Below, piece after piece: positions 31,273 to 40,862 of a stretch of DNA of 64,000 bases. Each line of letters opens with the position of its first letter. Within the stretch, counting starts at the first letter, position 1. The position numbers and the translations under genes are program-made. Source of the DNA: Geopsychrobacteraceae bacterium (GTDB lineage: Bacteria > Desulfobacterota > Desulfuromonadia > Desulfuromonadales > Geopsychrobacteraceae); contig CAXXTB010000001.1 in assembly GCA_963676795.2 (NCBI GenBank), forward strand, positions 416,001-480,000, given 5' to 3'. A model generated the notes under the pieces. The model was not told where the DNA came from. It made no database searches and saw only the letters and a program-made list of their open reading frames with translations.

Positions 31273-33165
31273 ATGAAAGTGCTGCCCTACTCTTTCCTGC
31301 TTGCCGGTTTCTTTGTCCTGCTCGGCCTGTCGCCGGCCCCGGCCCTGACGCTCGATCAGGGGCTGACAAGGGCCGTCCTTGACAGCTCGCAACTGCAGGT
31401 CTATGTCGACCGCGACAGCGCAACCCCCGCAGACGAGATTTTGAGCGGGGGAGAGCGTTACTTCGAAACGGGAGCAAAAAACACCTACCCCTATTCCGCA
31501 GGGACGATCTGGACCAGGGTCAGCCTGACCAATGGCAGCGATCAGCCGCTGACGCTTCATCTGCTCAACGATTTTGTCGCCCATGACCAGCTTGACCTCT
31601 ACCTGATTGAGAGCGCTAAGCTGATCAAAGCTTACCGTTTCGGCGATACCCGGCAGGTTGCCGCTGGAGAAGTGATCAACCGCTTTGCCAATGTCCATAT
31701 CGAATTGGCCGCCCATCAGACGCTGGAGGTTGTGACGCGCTATCATTCGACCTCACCGGTACATATCAAAATGATCCTGCTGGATGAGGCAGGGTATGCC
31801 CGCTTTGCCGTAACGGATCTGTCGATCTGGGGGATCTTTATTGGTGCTCTCCTGGCCCTGGCGATCTACAACCTGATGATGTTCGCTTCGCTGAGAAACG
31901 TCGCTTTCCTCTATTATGTCCTCAACAGCCTGACCAACCTCTACAACACTCTGACCGGTTCAGGATATATCTATGCCTGGTTGAGCCCCTGGCTGCCGTT
32001 GCCGCTGCTGAACCTCAGCTACAACAAAATAGCCCCGCCCCTCGGGATCATCTTCATGTCGCTGTTCATAATCAGCTTCTTCGAGCTGAAAAAGAGATGT
32101 TTCTGGTTGTACCGTATGAACCTGGCTAACGCCGTAATTATTGCGATCCTGCTGATTTCCCTGCCGCTGTTTCATTTCAGTGAGAAGCTGCTGGTTTATA
32201 ACTGGATCTCCTCGTTGTTGTTGCCACTGTCGCTGCTGGTTATGCTTGTTTCCGCACTGGTCATAGCCTGGAAAAAGCTGTTCGGCGGGGTTTATTTCCT
32301 GCTCGGAGCCGGGCTCTTTTTTGTCGCGACACTCTGCTATATTCTTTACTTCGTCGGTCTGACCGATTTTCCCAGCTCGATTATCTACGCCCTGCCGCTG
32401 AGCCGGGCCGCTGAAGCGATCTTCTTTTCCATGGCTCTCGGCAAAAAGATTAAAATGATCGAGGCCGAACGGCTGGAGAATGCCCTGCTGGTGGAGGAGA
32501 GCAACAAGTTCAATTCGACCAGTTCGCTGTTGGCGGGGATCCTCCATCAGTTCAAGCAGCCGCTGATCTACCTGGGCTCAGAACTGCTGAACCTGCGGGC
32601 CGCCAGATTCAAAGCGGGGCTTGGGGATCATCAAACCGAGCGCAGTCTCGAGCAGATGGAAGCCCAGGTTACGGCGATGAATACGTTGGTCGGGAATTTC
32701 TACAGCTTCTACGCGCAGCAGACCAGGGTCGAGAAGTTTGCCCTCAGAAGCGCTATCGACAAGGTGACCGGACTGCTCGATTCTTCGTTGCGCGCCTGGC
32801 ATATCGAGCTGAGGGTCAACTGTGACGCCGACACTATCCGCAGCGACGAAAAGGCCCTGACCCAGATTCTGCTGATTCTCCTGGAGAACGCCATCGCTGT
32901 GCTCCAGGAACGCCAGGTGGAGCATCCTCAGATCAGGATCGACTGTCGCAGCGGGGCACAAGTGGAGATTCTGGTCAGTGACAACGGCGGCGGCATAGTG
33001 CCCGGCGATATCGACAAGATCTTCAACCTGCACTACAGCAAAAAACAGGCACGGGGACTCGGCATCGGACTGTCACTGGCCAGAAAACTGGTCGAGGACA
33101 AGCTCGACGGGCGGCTGAGTGTCAAAAACCATCCCGAAGGAGCTTGTTTTTTTCTGACCTTTTAG
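31273..33165 (+). CDS. 7TM-DISM sensor histidine kinase
   Basis: Signal peptide, extracellular DISMED2-like domain, 7 TM segments starting GIFIGALLALAIYNL; HQFKQPL H-box; DNGGG and GLGIGL. Confidence 0.85.
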   Translation: MKVLPYSFLLAGFFVLLGLSPAPALTLDQGLTRAVLDSSQLQVYVDRDSATPADEILSGGERYFETGAKNTYPYSAGTIWTRVSLTNGSDQPLTLHLLNDFVAHDQLDLYLIESAKLIKAYRFGDTRQVAAGEVINRFANVHIELAAHQTLEVVTRYHSTSPVHIKMILLDEAGYARFAVTDLSIWGIFIGALLALAIYNLMMFASLRNVAFLYYVLNSLTNLYNTLTGSGYIYAWLSPWLPLPLLNLSYNKIAPPLGIIFMSLFIISFFELKKRCFWLYRMNLANAVIIAILLISLPLFHFSEKLLVYNWISSLLLPLSLLVMLVSALVIAWKKLFGGVYFLLGAGLFFVATLCYILYFVGLTDFPSSIIYALPLSRAAEAIFFSMALGKKIKMIEAERLENALLVEESNKFNSTSSLLAGILHQFKQPLIYLGSELLNLRAARFKAGLGDHQTERSLEQMEAQVTAMNTLVGNFYSFYAQQTRVEKFALRSAIDKVTGLLDSSLRAWHIELRVNCDADTIRSDEKALTQILLILLENAIAVLQERQVEHPQIRIDCRSGAQVEILVSDNGGGIVPGDIDKIFNLHYSKKQARGLGIGLSLARKLVEDKLDGRLSVKNHPEGACFFLTF

Positions 33166-33178
33166 AGCCTTTCGCGCT

Positions 33179-34303
33179 TCAGGGCTCGGGTCCAATCTCA
33201 AACAGGGTAATCTCCGGCGGAGCCATGATTCGCATCGGCGGCCCCCAGGTGCCGGTACCGCGGCTGGTGTAGAGATAGCGGCCATTATCCAGCAGGTAGA
33301 GGCCGGCCTGACGGGGGTGAACCAGCCCGGTGACCAGGGTGAAGGGGAACAGCTGTCCCTTGTGGGTATGACCGGAGAGCTGCAGGTCGAAGAGCGGCAG
33401 TGAGCTGCTCTGAACAGCGGGGCGATGCTTGAGCAGCAGGGTGAAGCGCTCCGATGCAGCACCCAGGGCGGCCTGTTCATCACTGCTGTTACCCCGTCCG
33501 GGATCATCCACCCCGGCCAGCTTCAGGTAGAGGCCGATCTCAACCGATTCATTGCGCAGCACCCGGAAACCGCTCTGTTTGAGGTAGTCGAGAGCCTGAT
33601 CCAACCCTGCGTAGAATTCATGATTGCCGGTGATTGCATATTTTCCCTGTGGCGGGTCGAGTTGATGCCAGAGGGAGGAGAGCCCTTCGAGGTGGTTGAT
33701 CTGGGCATCGACGATGTCTCCGGTGGCGACCACCAGGTCCGGATTGAGGACCTGCAGCCTGGTGATGATAGGCGCAAGAGCTTCATCGCGGTGGATCAGG
33801 CCAAGATGCAGATCTGAGATCTGGGCAATGCGGATCGGCGGCGTTCCGGCGGGAAGTTTGGCGGTTTTGACCCGTACCGTTTCGACACGCAGGTCGTTGG
33901 CTTCATAGAGACCGTAGAAGCTGGCCGCGATGGAAATCAGCAGAATGAGGATGGCGCTGATCGCGCCATGGGCGGTCAGGCGCAATAAGGCTGGTGCGGC
34001 CAGGGCCAGCAGTCTGATCAGGCCGTCCCAGACGCCGAGCAGCAGGCAGAGGCTGAAGGCGATAAAGATAAAGCCCATCCAGCTGTAGCCGATCCAGGCC
34101 AACGCTCTGGCCAGGGTTTCCAGCTCCTGACGTTCGGCAACCCTGACCAGGACCGGTGAGACGATCATCACTATCATCCAGATGACCACCAGGGTCGGCA
34201 GGGCTGGATGGCCTTTGAGCAACGGCCTTAAGCCCCAGTAAACCAGGCCGTGGATAGCGCTGTAAACGATCAGAAAAATCAGCAGAAAAAGACTCATCTT
34301 CAC
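33179..34303 (-). CDS. Membrane-anchored metallophosphoesterase (YkuE/YaeI-like)
   Basis: SDLH, TGD, GNHE, SGHTH and SRGTG calcineurin-like motifs after N-terminal TM segments. Confidence 0.9.
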   Translation of the reverse strand: MKMSLFLLIFLIVYSAIHGLVYWGLRPLLKGHPALPTLVVIWMIVMIVSPVLVRVAERQELETLARALAWIGYSWMGFIFIAFSLCLLLGVWDGLIRLLALAAPALLRLTAHGAISAILILLISIAASFYGLYEANDLRVETVRVKTAKLPAGTPPIRIAQISDLHLGLIHRDEALAPIITRLQVLNPDLVVATGDIVDAQINHLEGLSSLWHQLDPPQGKYAITGNHEFYAGLDQALDYLKQSGFRVLRNESVEIGLYLKLAGVDDPGRGNSSDEQAALGAASERFTLLLKHRPAVQSSSLPLFDLQLSGHTHKGQLFPFTLVTGLVHPRQAGLYLLDNGRYLYTSRGTGTWGPPMRIMAPPEITLFEIGPEP

Positions 34304-34358
34304 CTCGTAGATTCCTCAATTCTAACCGATCTGCCAACAGATGTGCAGGGGGGGGGAA

Positions 34359-34766
34359 TTACTCCTGTCCGGCCCGCTCCCGTGCCTCGCGGGAGCCCTC
34401 ATCGTCACCGTTCAAAGATCGGGCTCTGGCGATCAGCAGCCAGTTTTCCCGGCGCAGATTGTGATCCCCCTGGGCCAGGGCATTCGATTTCTTGGCCAGG
34501 TTTTCCGCCTGCAGGTACTGCTGTTGATCGATGCGGACCGCCGCCAGGCGTTGCCAGAGCAGCGGGTTGCGTGGTTCGATGCGCAAGGCGCGCTCCAGGG
34601 ATGCGCCGGCCTGGTCAAGCTGCCCTGCAGCACTCAGGCTTTGAGCCTGCTCGAGCAGGCTGACAACCGCTGAATTCTGCGAGGGGGGGGGCGGGAAACT
34701 GGTCGTACAGCCGGCCAGAATCAGGGTGACAGAGAGGATCATTCCCAGGTCTTTCAGCAGTCTCAT
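34359..34766 (-). CDS. TPR lipoprotein, LpoP-like PBP1B activator candidate
   Basis: Lipobox LAGC, Pro-rich linker, TPR segment LERALRIEPRNP; start overlaps the mrcB stop. Confidence 0.75.
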   Translation of the reverse strand: MRLLKDLGMILSVTLILAGCTTSFPPPPSQNSAVVSLLEQAQSLSAAGQLDQAGASLERALRIEPRNPLLWQRLAAVRIDQQQYLQAENLAKKSNALAQGDHNLRRENWLLIARARSLNGDDEGSREARERAGQE

Positions 34767-37081
34767 TGAAAAATCCTTTCGAACCAGTTTTTGTTCCCGG
34801 TTTCTTTACCGGCCCGGCAGGGGACGCTCTCCCTGGGGGCTGAACCGCTGATGAAGGGGAGCAGGACAGCGTCCTTGCAGCCTCTGGAGCTGAGCAGCCC
34901 GGTCGGCCGGTCGATCCAGTGTGCTTCGATGCGGTCCGGTTCCGGCAGAATCAGCGGCTGCGGGTCGAGCCTGGCCAGCATGCTGCCCCAGACCGTCATC
35001 GCGCCGCTCGAGCCGGTCAGGCCGGTCGACTGGTTGTCATCACGGCCGACCCAGACCACCGCCAAGCGGTCGCCGCTGAACCCGGCGAACCAGCTGTCGC
35101 GAAAGTCATCGGTCGTCCCGGTTTTGCCGGCGATGCCAAGCTCTTGCGGAAGATAGTTCTCCAACCCTTTAGCCGTTCCCTGAGTGACCACATTCTGCAT
35201 GGCGACAGTCAGCAGATAGGTCGCTTCACTGGAGGCGACCTGTTCGACATCGAGAGGGTAGTGCTGTAACTGAACCCCGTCGCTGGTCAGCACTTCGCGG
35301 ATCGCCTTGAGCGGGGTTTTGAAGCCGCCACTGGCGATGCTTTGGTAAACCTGGCTGACCTCGAGCGGCGTCAGGGCGTTGGCTCCGAGCAGGCTGGATG
35401 GATACGCCGGCAAGCTCCGCTCGACACCGAGGCGCTGCAGGGTTTTCATCACTGTATCCGGACCAAGTTCGAGGCCGAGACGGGCTGTGGAGACGTTGTA
35501 GGAATGAACCAGGGCGTCGTGAAGCAGCACCTGACCATGGAATTTTTTGTCGAAGTTTTGCGGCTCCCAGTCGGTACTGCCGTTCTGCTCAACGACCAGC
35601 GGGCTGTCATCGAGTTGGGTCGCCAGGTTGTAGCTGTCGGGCTGTTCGAGCGCGGTCAGAAAGACAACCGGTTTGATCAGCGAACCGATCGGGCGCCTGG
35701 CGTCGAGGGCCCGATCGAACCCTTCAAAGCGCGGATCACGCCCCCCGACAAGCGCCTGGATCTCGGCGTTCTGGCTGCTGGTGACCAGGATCGCCCCCTG
35801 CAGGCTGTCCTGATTCAGGCGACGGGAGCCTTCCAATTCGCTCAACCGTTGCTGCAGTGCCGCTTCCGCCGCGCGCTGGACCCGCGGATCGAGGGTGGTG
35901 AGGATCTTAAGCCCCTGTGAGCGCAGATCTTCGTCACGGTAATTCTGGCGCAGCTGGCGCTGAACCAGATCCATAAAGGCAGGGAAGGGGGAGGTGCCTC
36001 GGATTGGTCTTTCGACAGCCCCCAGCGGTTGATTCCTGGCGCTGCTCGCTTCCGTCCAGCTGACAGTGCCATGCTCTTCCATCAGTTGCAGGACCAGGTT
36101 GCGCCGTTGCCGGGCACGCTGCGGCTGGGTGCGTGGATTGTAGTGGGAGGGACCTTTGAGCATGCCGACCAGCAGCGCGGCATCCTGCAGTTCCAGCTGG
36201 CTGACCGGTTTGTCGAAGAAGAAGTGACTGGCCAGGCCAAAACCGTGGATCGCCCGGTTGCCATCCTGCCCCAGGTAGACCTCGTTGAGGTAGGTTTCGA
36301 GGATCTCCTCTTTGCTGTAATGGACCTCGAGCAGCAGGGCCATGACCATTTCGACCAGCTTGCGCTGAATGGTCCGTTCCGAGCTCAGGTAGAAATTTTT
36401 GACCAGCTGCTGGGTGATGGTGCTGCCCCCCTGAATCTGACCGCCTTTGGCCATCGCAACGAGCGCCCGGGTGATCCCTTTGAGGTCGACACCGTGGTGG
36501 CTGTAGAAACGCCGGTCTTCGACAGCGATCAGCGCATTGATAACCGTCTGCGGAACCTGGTCGAGCTTGACCAGCACCCGGTCCTCGTTCTGTTCCGGAT
36601 AGATGCCGCCGATCAGCGGCGGGTCGAGACGGATTAGTTGAATCTTCTCGTTGCTGGCGGCGTTGGTGATTCTCTGCAGATGACCGTTAGAGAAGCTCAG
36701 GCGCAGGTCAGCCCCTGGCTGAAAACCCTCAGCAAAGGTAAAATCGCGGGTGATCAGCTCCAGGACCCGGTCGTGCCACAGGTAGCTCCCCGGTTTTTGC
36801 GGATGAGGGGTCTGGTGGTAGCCGAGCAGATTCAGTTCATCATTGATCTCGCGCGGAGACAGCTGCAGGCCGGGATAGAGTTCCAGCGGTCGGGCATAGA
36901 CCTGGGCGGGGAGCTTCCAGCGTTTGCCTTCGAAACGTTCGCGGACCGTGACATCGAGGTAGACGACGGCGAAGATCAGAATGAGAATCAGCAGCAGAAC
37001 CGCCCGGAAGATCAGTCTGGTCAGCAGCGGTTTTTTGCTTTTACTCTGTTTCTTTCTGGGTTTGGACTTTGCTTTTTTCAT
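34763..37081 (-). CDS. mrcB: Penicillin-binding protein 1B (bifunctional transglycosylase/transpeptidase)
   Basis: VYARPLEL and UB2H-like region; EDRRFYSHHG and GGSTITQQLVKN; SLIK, SYN and KTG transpeptidase motifs. Confidence 0.93.
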   Translation of the reverse strand: MKKAKSKPRKKQSKSKKPLLTRLIFRAVLLLILILIFAVVYLDVTVRERFEGKRWKLPAQVYARPLELYPGLQLSPREINDELNLLGYHQTPHPQKPGSYLWHDRVLELITRDFTFAEGFQPGADLRLSFSNGHLQRITNAASNEKIQLIRLDPPLIGGIYPEQNEDRVLVKLDQVPQTVINALIAVEDRRFYSHHGVDLKGITRALVAMAKGGQIQGGSTITQQLVKNFYLSSERTIQRKLVEMVMALLLEVHYSKEEILETYLNEVYLGQDGNRAIHGFGLASHFFFDKPVSQLELQDAALLVGMLKGPSHYNPRTQPQRARQRRNLVLQLMEEHGTVSWTEASSARNQPLGAVERPIRGTSPFPAFMDLVQRQLRQNYRDEDLRSQGLKILTTLDPRVQRAAEAALQQRLSELEGSRRLNQDSLQGAILVTSSQNAEIQALVGGRDPRFEGFDRALDARRPIGSLIKPVVFLTALEQPDSYNLATQLDDSPLVVEQNGSTDWEPQNFDKKFHGQVLLHDALVHSYNVSTARLGLELGPDTVMKTLQRLGVERSLPAYPSSLLGANALTPLEVSQVYQSIASGGFKTPLKAIREVLTSDGVQLQHYPLDVEQVASSEATYLLTVAMQNVVTQGTAKGLENYLPQELGIAGKTGTTDDFRDSWFAGFSGDRLAVVWVGRDDNQSTGLTGSSGAMTVWGSMLARLDPQPLILPEPDRIEAHWIDRPTGLLSSRGCKDAVLLPFISGSAPRESVPCRAGKETGNKNWFERIFQ

Positions 37082-37191
37082 AGCTACGACGCTTATCATC
37101 AGGTCGGTAAGAGACTACCAGTGCTGAAGTATAGGACCCTTGAGAAAACGGTGCAAGGTCAATGCGGTATTGGCAGGGAAGCAGGGAAATG

Positions 37192-37224
37192 CCAAGGGCT
37201 CTGCCGGAACGGCAGAGCCCTTGG
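37192..37224. terminator. Strong hairpin downstream of the FKBP gene
   Basis: CCAAGGGCTCTGCCG-GAA-CGGCAGAGCCCTTGG perfect stem. Confidence 0.6.
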
Positions 37225-37231
37225 GTCATAA

Positions 37232-37714
37232 TCAGCCGATCGACAGCAGTTCGATTTCGTAGGTGATGTCTTCACCGGCCAGTGGATGGTTGGAATCCAT
37301 GGTGACCTTTTCGTCATCGACCTCGACGATGGTGACGAAATAGATCTCTTCGTCCTCGCCTTCGACCTCCAGCTCCAGGCCGACTTCGGGAACGATATCA
37401 TCCGGCAGTTCCGAACGATCGACGCTGAAGACATTTTCGTGATTGTATTCGCCGAACGCGTCATCAGCCGGAATGACGATGGTCTTCTTCTCGCCGGCGC
37501 TCATGCCGATCACCGCATCTTCAACCGGACCGAACAGTTCGCCTTCTCCTATGACCAGCTCAACCGGGCCGTGGCTGTGGCCGCCGCAGCAATCGTCATC
37601 GTTGCAGCCGTCATGCTCCGGATCGGGATAGGTGCTGTCGATAATGGTGCCATCGTCGAGCTTGCCGACGAAGTGGATTGTGACTTTATCTGATTCTTTT
37701 GCCTGAGACATCAT
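37232..37714 (-). CDS. FKBP-type peptidyl-prolyl isomerase (SlyD/FkpB-like) with His/Cys-rich insert
   Basis: VTIHFVGKLDDGT, AFGE and DSNHPLAG motifs; insert HDGCNDDDCCGGHSH. Confidence 0.88.
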   Translation of the reverse strand: MMSQAKESDKVTIHFVGKLDDGTIIDSTYPDPEHDGCNDDDCCGGHSHGPVELVIGEGELFGPVEDAVIGMSAGEKKTIVIPADDAFGEYNHENVFSVDRSELPDDIVPEVGLELEVEGEDEEIYFVTIVEVDDEKVTMDSNHPLAGEDITYEIELLSIG

Positions 37715-37885
37715 TGATCCTTTCACTAAGGGGTAATATCCGCGGTTGTATCACAGCAATACAGGTGAAGGATATAGCAGATGCCTGTCAGGAGTGGGTT
37801 AACTTTTTGTCTGGAAACCTATCGCGCCTGAAGGGTGAACTTGTTGCAGGGTGCGCTGCCCGCGTACCCTGCAGGTCAGGACACG

Positions 37886-38869
37886 TCAAGCTATGGAGGT
37901 TTCCGTTTGTTTGTAGCCGAACACCCGATCGGTCAGCTTGACATACCAGGCCGCTGATTGCACCTGGATGACGTAAGCGATGGCGATAACCAGGGCGGCA
38001 TCGGAACCGGCCGGGCCGAAGGCGTTAATCGAAACCGCCAGGGCGATCGACAGGTTGCGCATGACGGTGCCGTAGACCAGGGCGATGGCATCGCCGCGCG
38101 GCAGCAGGGCGCGACCCACAGCCGTACTGAGGATGTAGTTGAACAGGTAGAGCAGCACCAGCGGCACGATGATGCGGATCAACTGCTCGGGATGAGCGGC
38201 AATCGCCGGGGCCTTGAGAGCCATGGCGATGAAGACGATCCCCAGCACACCGATGGTCGAAAAGCCGGGAAAACGCGGTGCAACATGTTCCTTGAAAGTT
38301 TTTTCACCGTAGCGTTTGATCATGAAACGCTGGGTCAGGAAACCAACGACCATCGGCAAAAAGACGATCAGAATGATCTGGCTGAAAACCTTGGCCAGGC
38401 TGACTTCAACCGTTGCTCCCATCAGCCCCTGAACATAAAAGGGGGTGGCCAGCGAGCCGAGGATCAGGCCGATGACGGTCATTTTGACCGCAGCGGCCAG
38501 GTTGCCACCGGCGAAACCGGTCCAGGAGATGGTCATGCCGCTGGTCGGAACCAGCGACGCGAGCAGCAGCCCCAGGGCCATGTAGGGGGAATCGGGAAAG
38601 AACAGCTTGCCGGCTCCGAAGGCGACAAAGGGAATGATGGCAAAATTGATGATCTGGGTATAAGCTTGCGCCTTGCCATCGCCCCCTTCCAGCACCTGTT
38701 TGATCTTGAGGGTCACCATCATCGGGTAAACCATCAGAAAGGTAAAAGGAAGGATCAGTTTCTTGAGAAATGCAGCTTCGACAAAAATGCCAAAGACGAA
38801 CCCGGCGATCAGCATCACCGGGATAGCAATAATCAGATTCTTGTTAATCTTGCCAAGCAGTGTCCACAT
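37886..38869 (-). CDS. Acr3/bile-acid:Na symporter (BART) superfamily transporter
   Basis: LMVYPMM, PTSGMTISWTGFAGGN and RNLSIALA motifs. Confidence 0.82.
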   Translation of the reverse strand: MWTLLGKINKNLIIAIPVMLIAGFVFGIFVEAAFLKKLILPFTFLMVYPMMVTLKIKQVLEGGDGKAQAYTQIINFAIIPFVAFGAGKLFFPDSPYMALGLLLASLVPTSGMTISWTGFAGGNLAAAVKMTVIGLILGSLATPFYVQGLMGATVEVSLAKVFSQIILIVFLPMVVGFLTQRFMIKRYGEKTFKEHVAPRFPGFSTIGVLGIVFIAMALKAPAIAAHPEQLIRIIVPLVLLYLFNYILSTAVGRALLPRGDAIALVYGTVMRNLSIALAVSINAFGPAGSDAALVIAIAYVIQVQSAAWYVKLTDRVFGYKQTETSIA

Positions 38870-38872
38870 TGC

Positions 38873-39298
38873 CTAACAGGCCTCCGCAAGTGTTTCGCTC
38901 ATCGCTTCTTCGATGATATCGATAATATCGGTAAAGGTTCCGCTGAGTGATTTCGGAAATTCCGCATCGTCGATCAGCCTGGCGACCGATTCCTCGCTGT
39001 AATAGAGGAAACGGATCTGGGTCATGCCGCCTTCGCTGAAAGCCATGATGAATTTCGGAATCAGGACGATCCGTTCCGGGTTCTTGAACAGGCTCTTCGA
39101 CGCTTTTTCCGGTTTGCACAATTGTATCATGTGCATGTCAAATGTCTCCGGGGTGTCGATGCCGTGATTGGTGAAGATGACTGCCATGTCCATTTTGTCG
39201 CCGTTATTGATCTTGAAACCACGGCGGCCTGCCGCAGTGTTGATATCGTTGACGAACTGGGTAAGGGGTTTGCTGGTCTGGTTTGTGTAGATCTTCAT
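38873..39298 (-). CDS. DUF302-like small protein
   Basis: IQLCKPEKA motif resembles the DUF302 'xCNP' signature; GGAGG SD; co-transcribed with the transporter. Confidence 0.65.
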   Translation of the reverse strand: MKIYTNQTSKPLTQFVNDINTAAGRRGFKINNGDKMDMAVIFTNHGIDTPETFDMHMIQLCKPEKASKSLFKNPERIVLIPKFIMAFSEGGMTQIRFLYYSEESVARLIDDAEFPKSLSGTFTDIIDIIEEAMSETLAEAC

Positions 39299-39640
39299 GA
39301 TTAAATAAAGCCTCCTGAGATAATGTGTAAATGCACATTACCTTAAGGAGAATTCAAAAATCAATATGTTTGAATGTTTTTTTTATGGACGGAGTGCCTG
39401 GAGGCCTAGCCTGCTGTCTTACTCTCAGATATGAGAGTTGGTGGATGTTGCCAAGCTGTTGAACTGTAGATAAAGGCAGAAATCAATGTGCATACCACGG
39501 TATTTATGACCGTTTATGTCGGTTTAGTTGAAATATGGCGGGAGTTTCAGATATTATTGCCTGATCCTAAGCTGTGAGTCAGAAACGCATAACAGGGCGT
39601 TCATTGCTATGACACATGAGAAAGTAAAAGGAGATCGATC

Positions 39641-40228
39641 ATGCCTCCAGTGAATGAAACCATCCGCAAGCAGGTCAGACCGACTGACAAATATATTGAA
39701 CACAATATGGAACCGAAACCGGTTGCCTTCAGCAGCATTACCGTTGTCCAGCAGATGATGGACAACGATGCCAATATCGCCGGCAATGTCCACGGTGGCA
39801 CCATCATGAAGCTGGTCGACAACACTGCCTGTATGGTCGGTATGCGCCATACCGGCGGTAATGCTGTTACCGCTTCCTTGGATCGCCTTGACTTTCACTC
39901 CCCGGTCTATGTCGGTGATATCCTGCGCATTAAGGCCAGTGTCAACTATGTCGGTACCTCCTCGATGGAGATCGGTGCCCGGGTCGAGGCTGAGGATGTT
40001 CTGACCGGAGAGGTCCGCCATACCGCTTCGGCTTACCTGACCTTTGTTGCGCTTGATCCTGATCATAAACCGCGCAAGATTCCGGCTCTGCTCTGTGAGA
40101 CCGAACTGGAAAAAGAGCGTTACGAAGCAGCCCTGGAGCGCAAGAAGAAGCGGGCAGCGGATGTCAAGGCGGCCCGCGAGCGGGAAGTTGAACGCCAGAA
40201 GGAGCGGGGCTACTGTCTGCTGGGATAG
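39641..40228 (+). CDS. Acyl-CoA thioesterase (hotdog fold, YciA-like)
   Basis: DANIAGNVHGGTIMKLVD, VTAS, GTSSMEI and YLTFVALD motifs. Confidence 0.92.
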   Translation: MPPVNETIRKQVRPTDKYIEHNMEPKPVAFSSITVVQQMMDNDANIAGNVHGGTIMKLVDNTACMVGMRHTGGNAVTASLDRLDFHSPVYVGDILRIKASVNYVGTSSMEIGARVEAEDVLTGEVRHTASAYLTFVALDPDHKPRKIPALLCETELEKERYEAALERKKKRAADVKAAREREVERQKERGYCLLG

Positions 40229-40248
40229 TACTCATCTCAATGATATTC

Positions 40249-40281
40249 AACAGCCGCAATCGCTAAAGCGTTGCGGCTGTT
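40249..40281 (+). terminator. Intrinsic terminator-like hairpin
   Basis: AACAGCCGCAA...TTGCGGCTGTT stem. Confidence 0.6.
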
Positions 40282-40301
40282 CTTGTCTGTATCAACCTAT
40301 T

Positions 40302-40744
40302 GAAACACCAAGGGTGTTTCTTCGGGTCTGCCCGTTGATGAGCTTGCTCATCTTGGGGCGTGAGTAAATTTGCTGGTGTGTTGCAACGGAGAAACGCAGG
40401 AACACTGCCGACAATATTAACTGCCTTTTTCTGCATACTCTTTTGTGGCAAGACAAAAGAGTATGGCGGCGTTCGGGGCCGCGACCCCGAGGTTTTGCTC
40501 TTGATCTGTGTTGATTTTGAAAAGTGAAACCGGCGGGTCCCGGCCCGCCAGCCGGGTTCATTTTCTTTGTTGCGACAAAGAAAACGCAACCAAAAGAAAA
40601 CGCTTGAAAAACACTGACGAAAATTTTTATTTTGCGTTTCGTAGCATTTGGGCTGCTATTCTCTACTCGCTCAGACAAGCCGCTATGCGTCTTGAATTCG
40701 CGCAACCGCAAAGCCGGTTCCCGGCTTGGATTCATGAAACAAGC
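40302..40744 (+). repeat. ~440-bp structured intergenic element, copy 2 (arm A + arm C)
   Basis: Left half aligns to copies 1, 3 and 4; the 31-mer at 40465-40495 is identical to 62854-62884. Right half aligns to 41715-41932. Confidence 0.88.
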
Positions 40745-40862
40745 CCTGGTGCTCCGTCCTGTTGACCGATAAAAAAGTGATGAAAAAAACAGCAGACTTC
40801 CGCAGTTCCTTTGTGTACTATGCGGCCTCTTTGTTGCTCTGCGTATCTGCCAAGGAAGTCAG

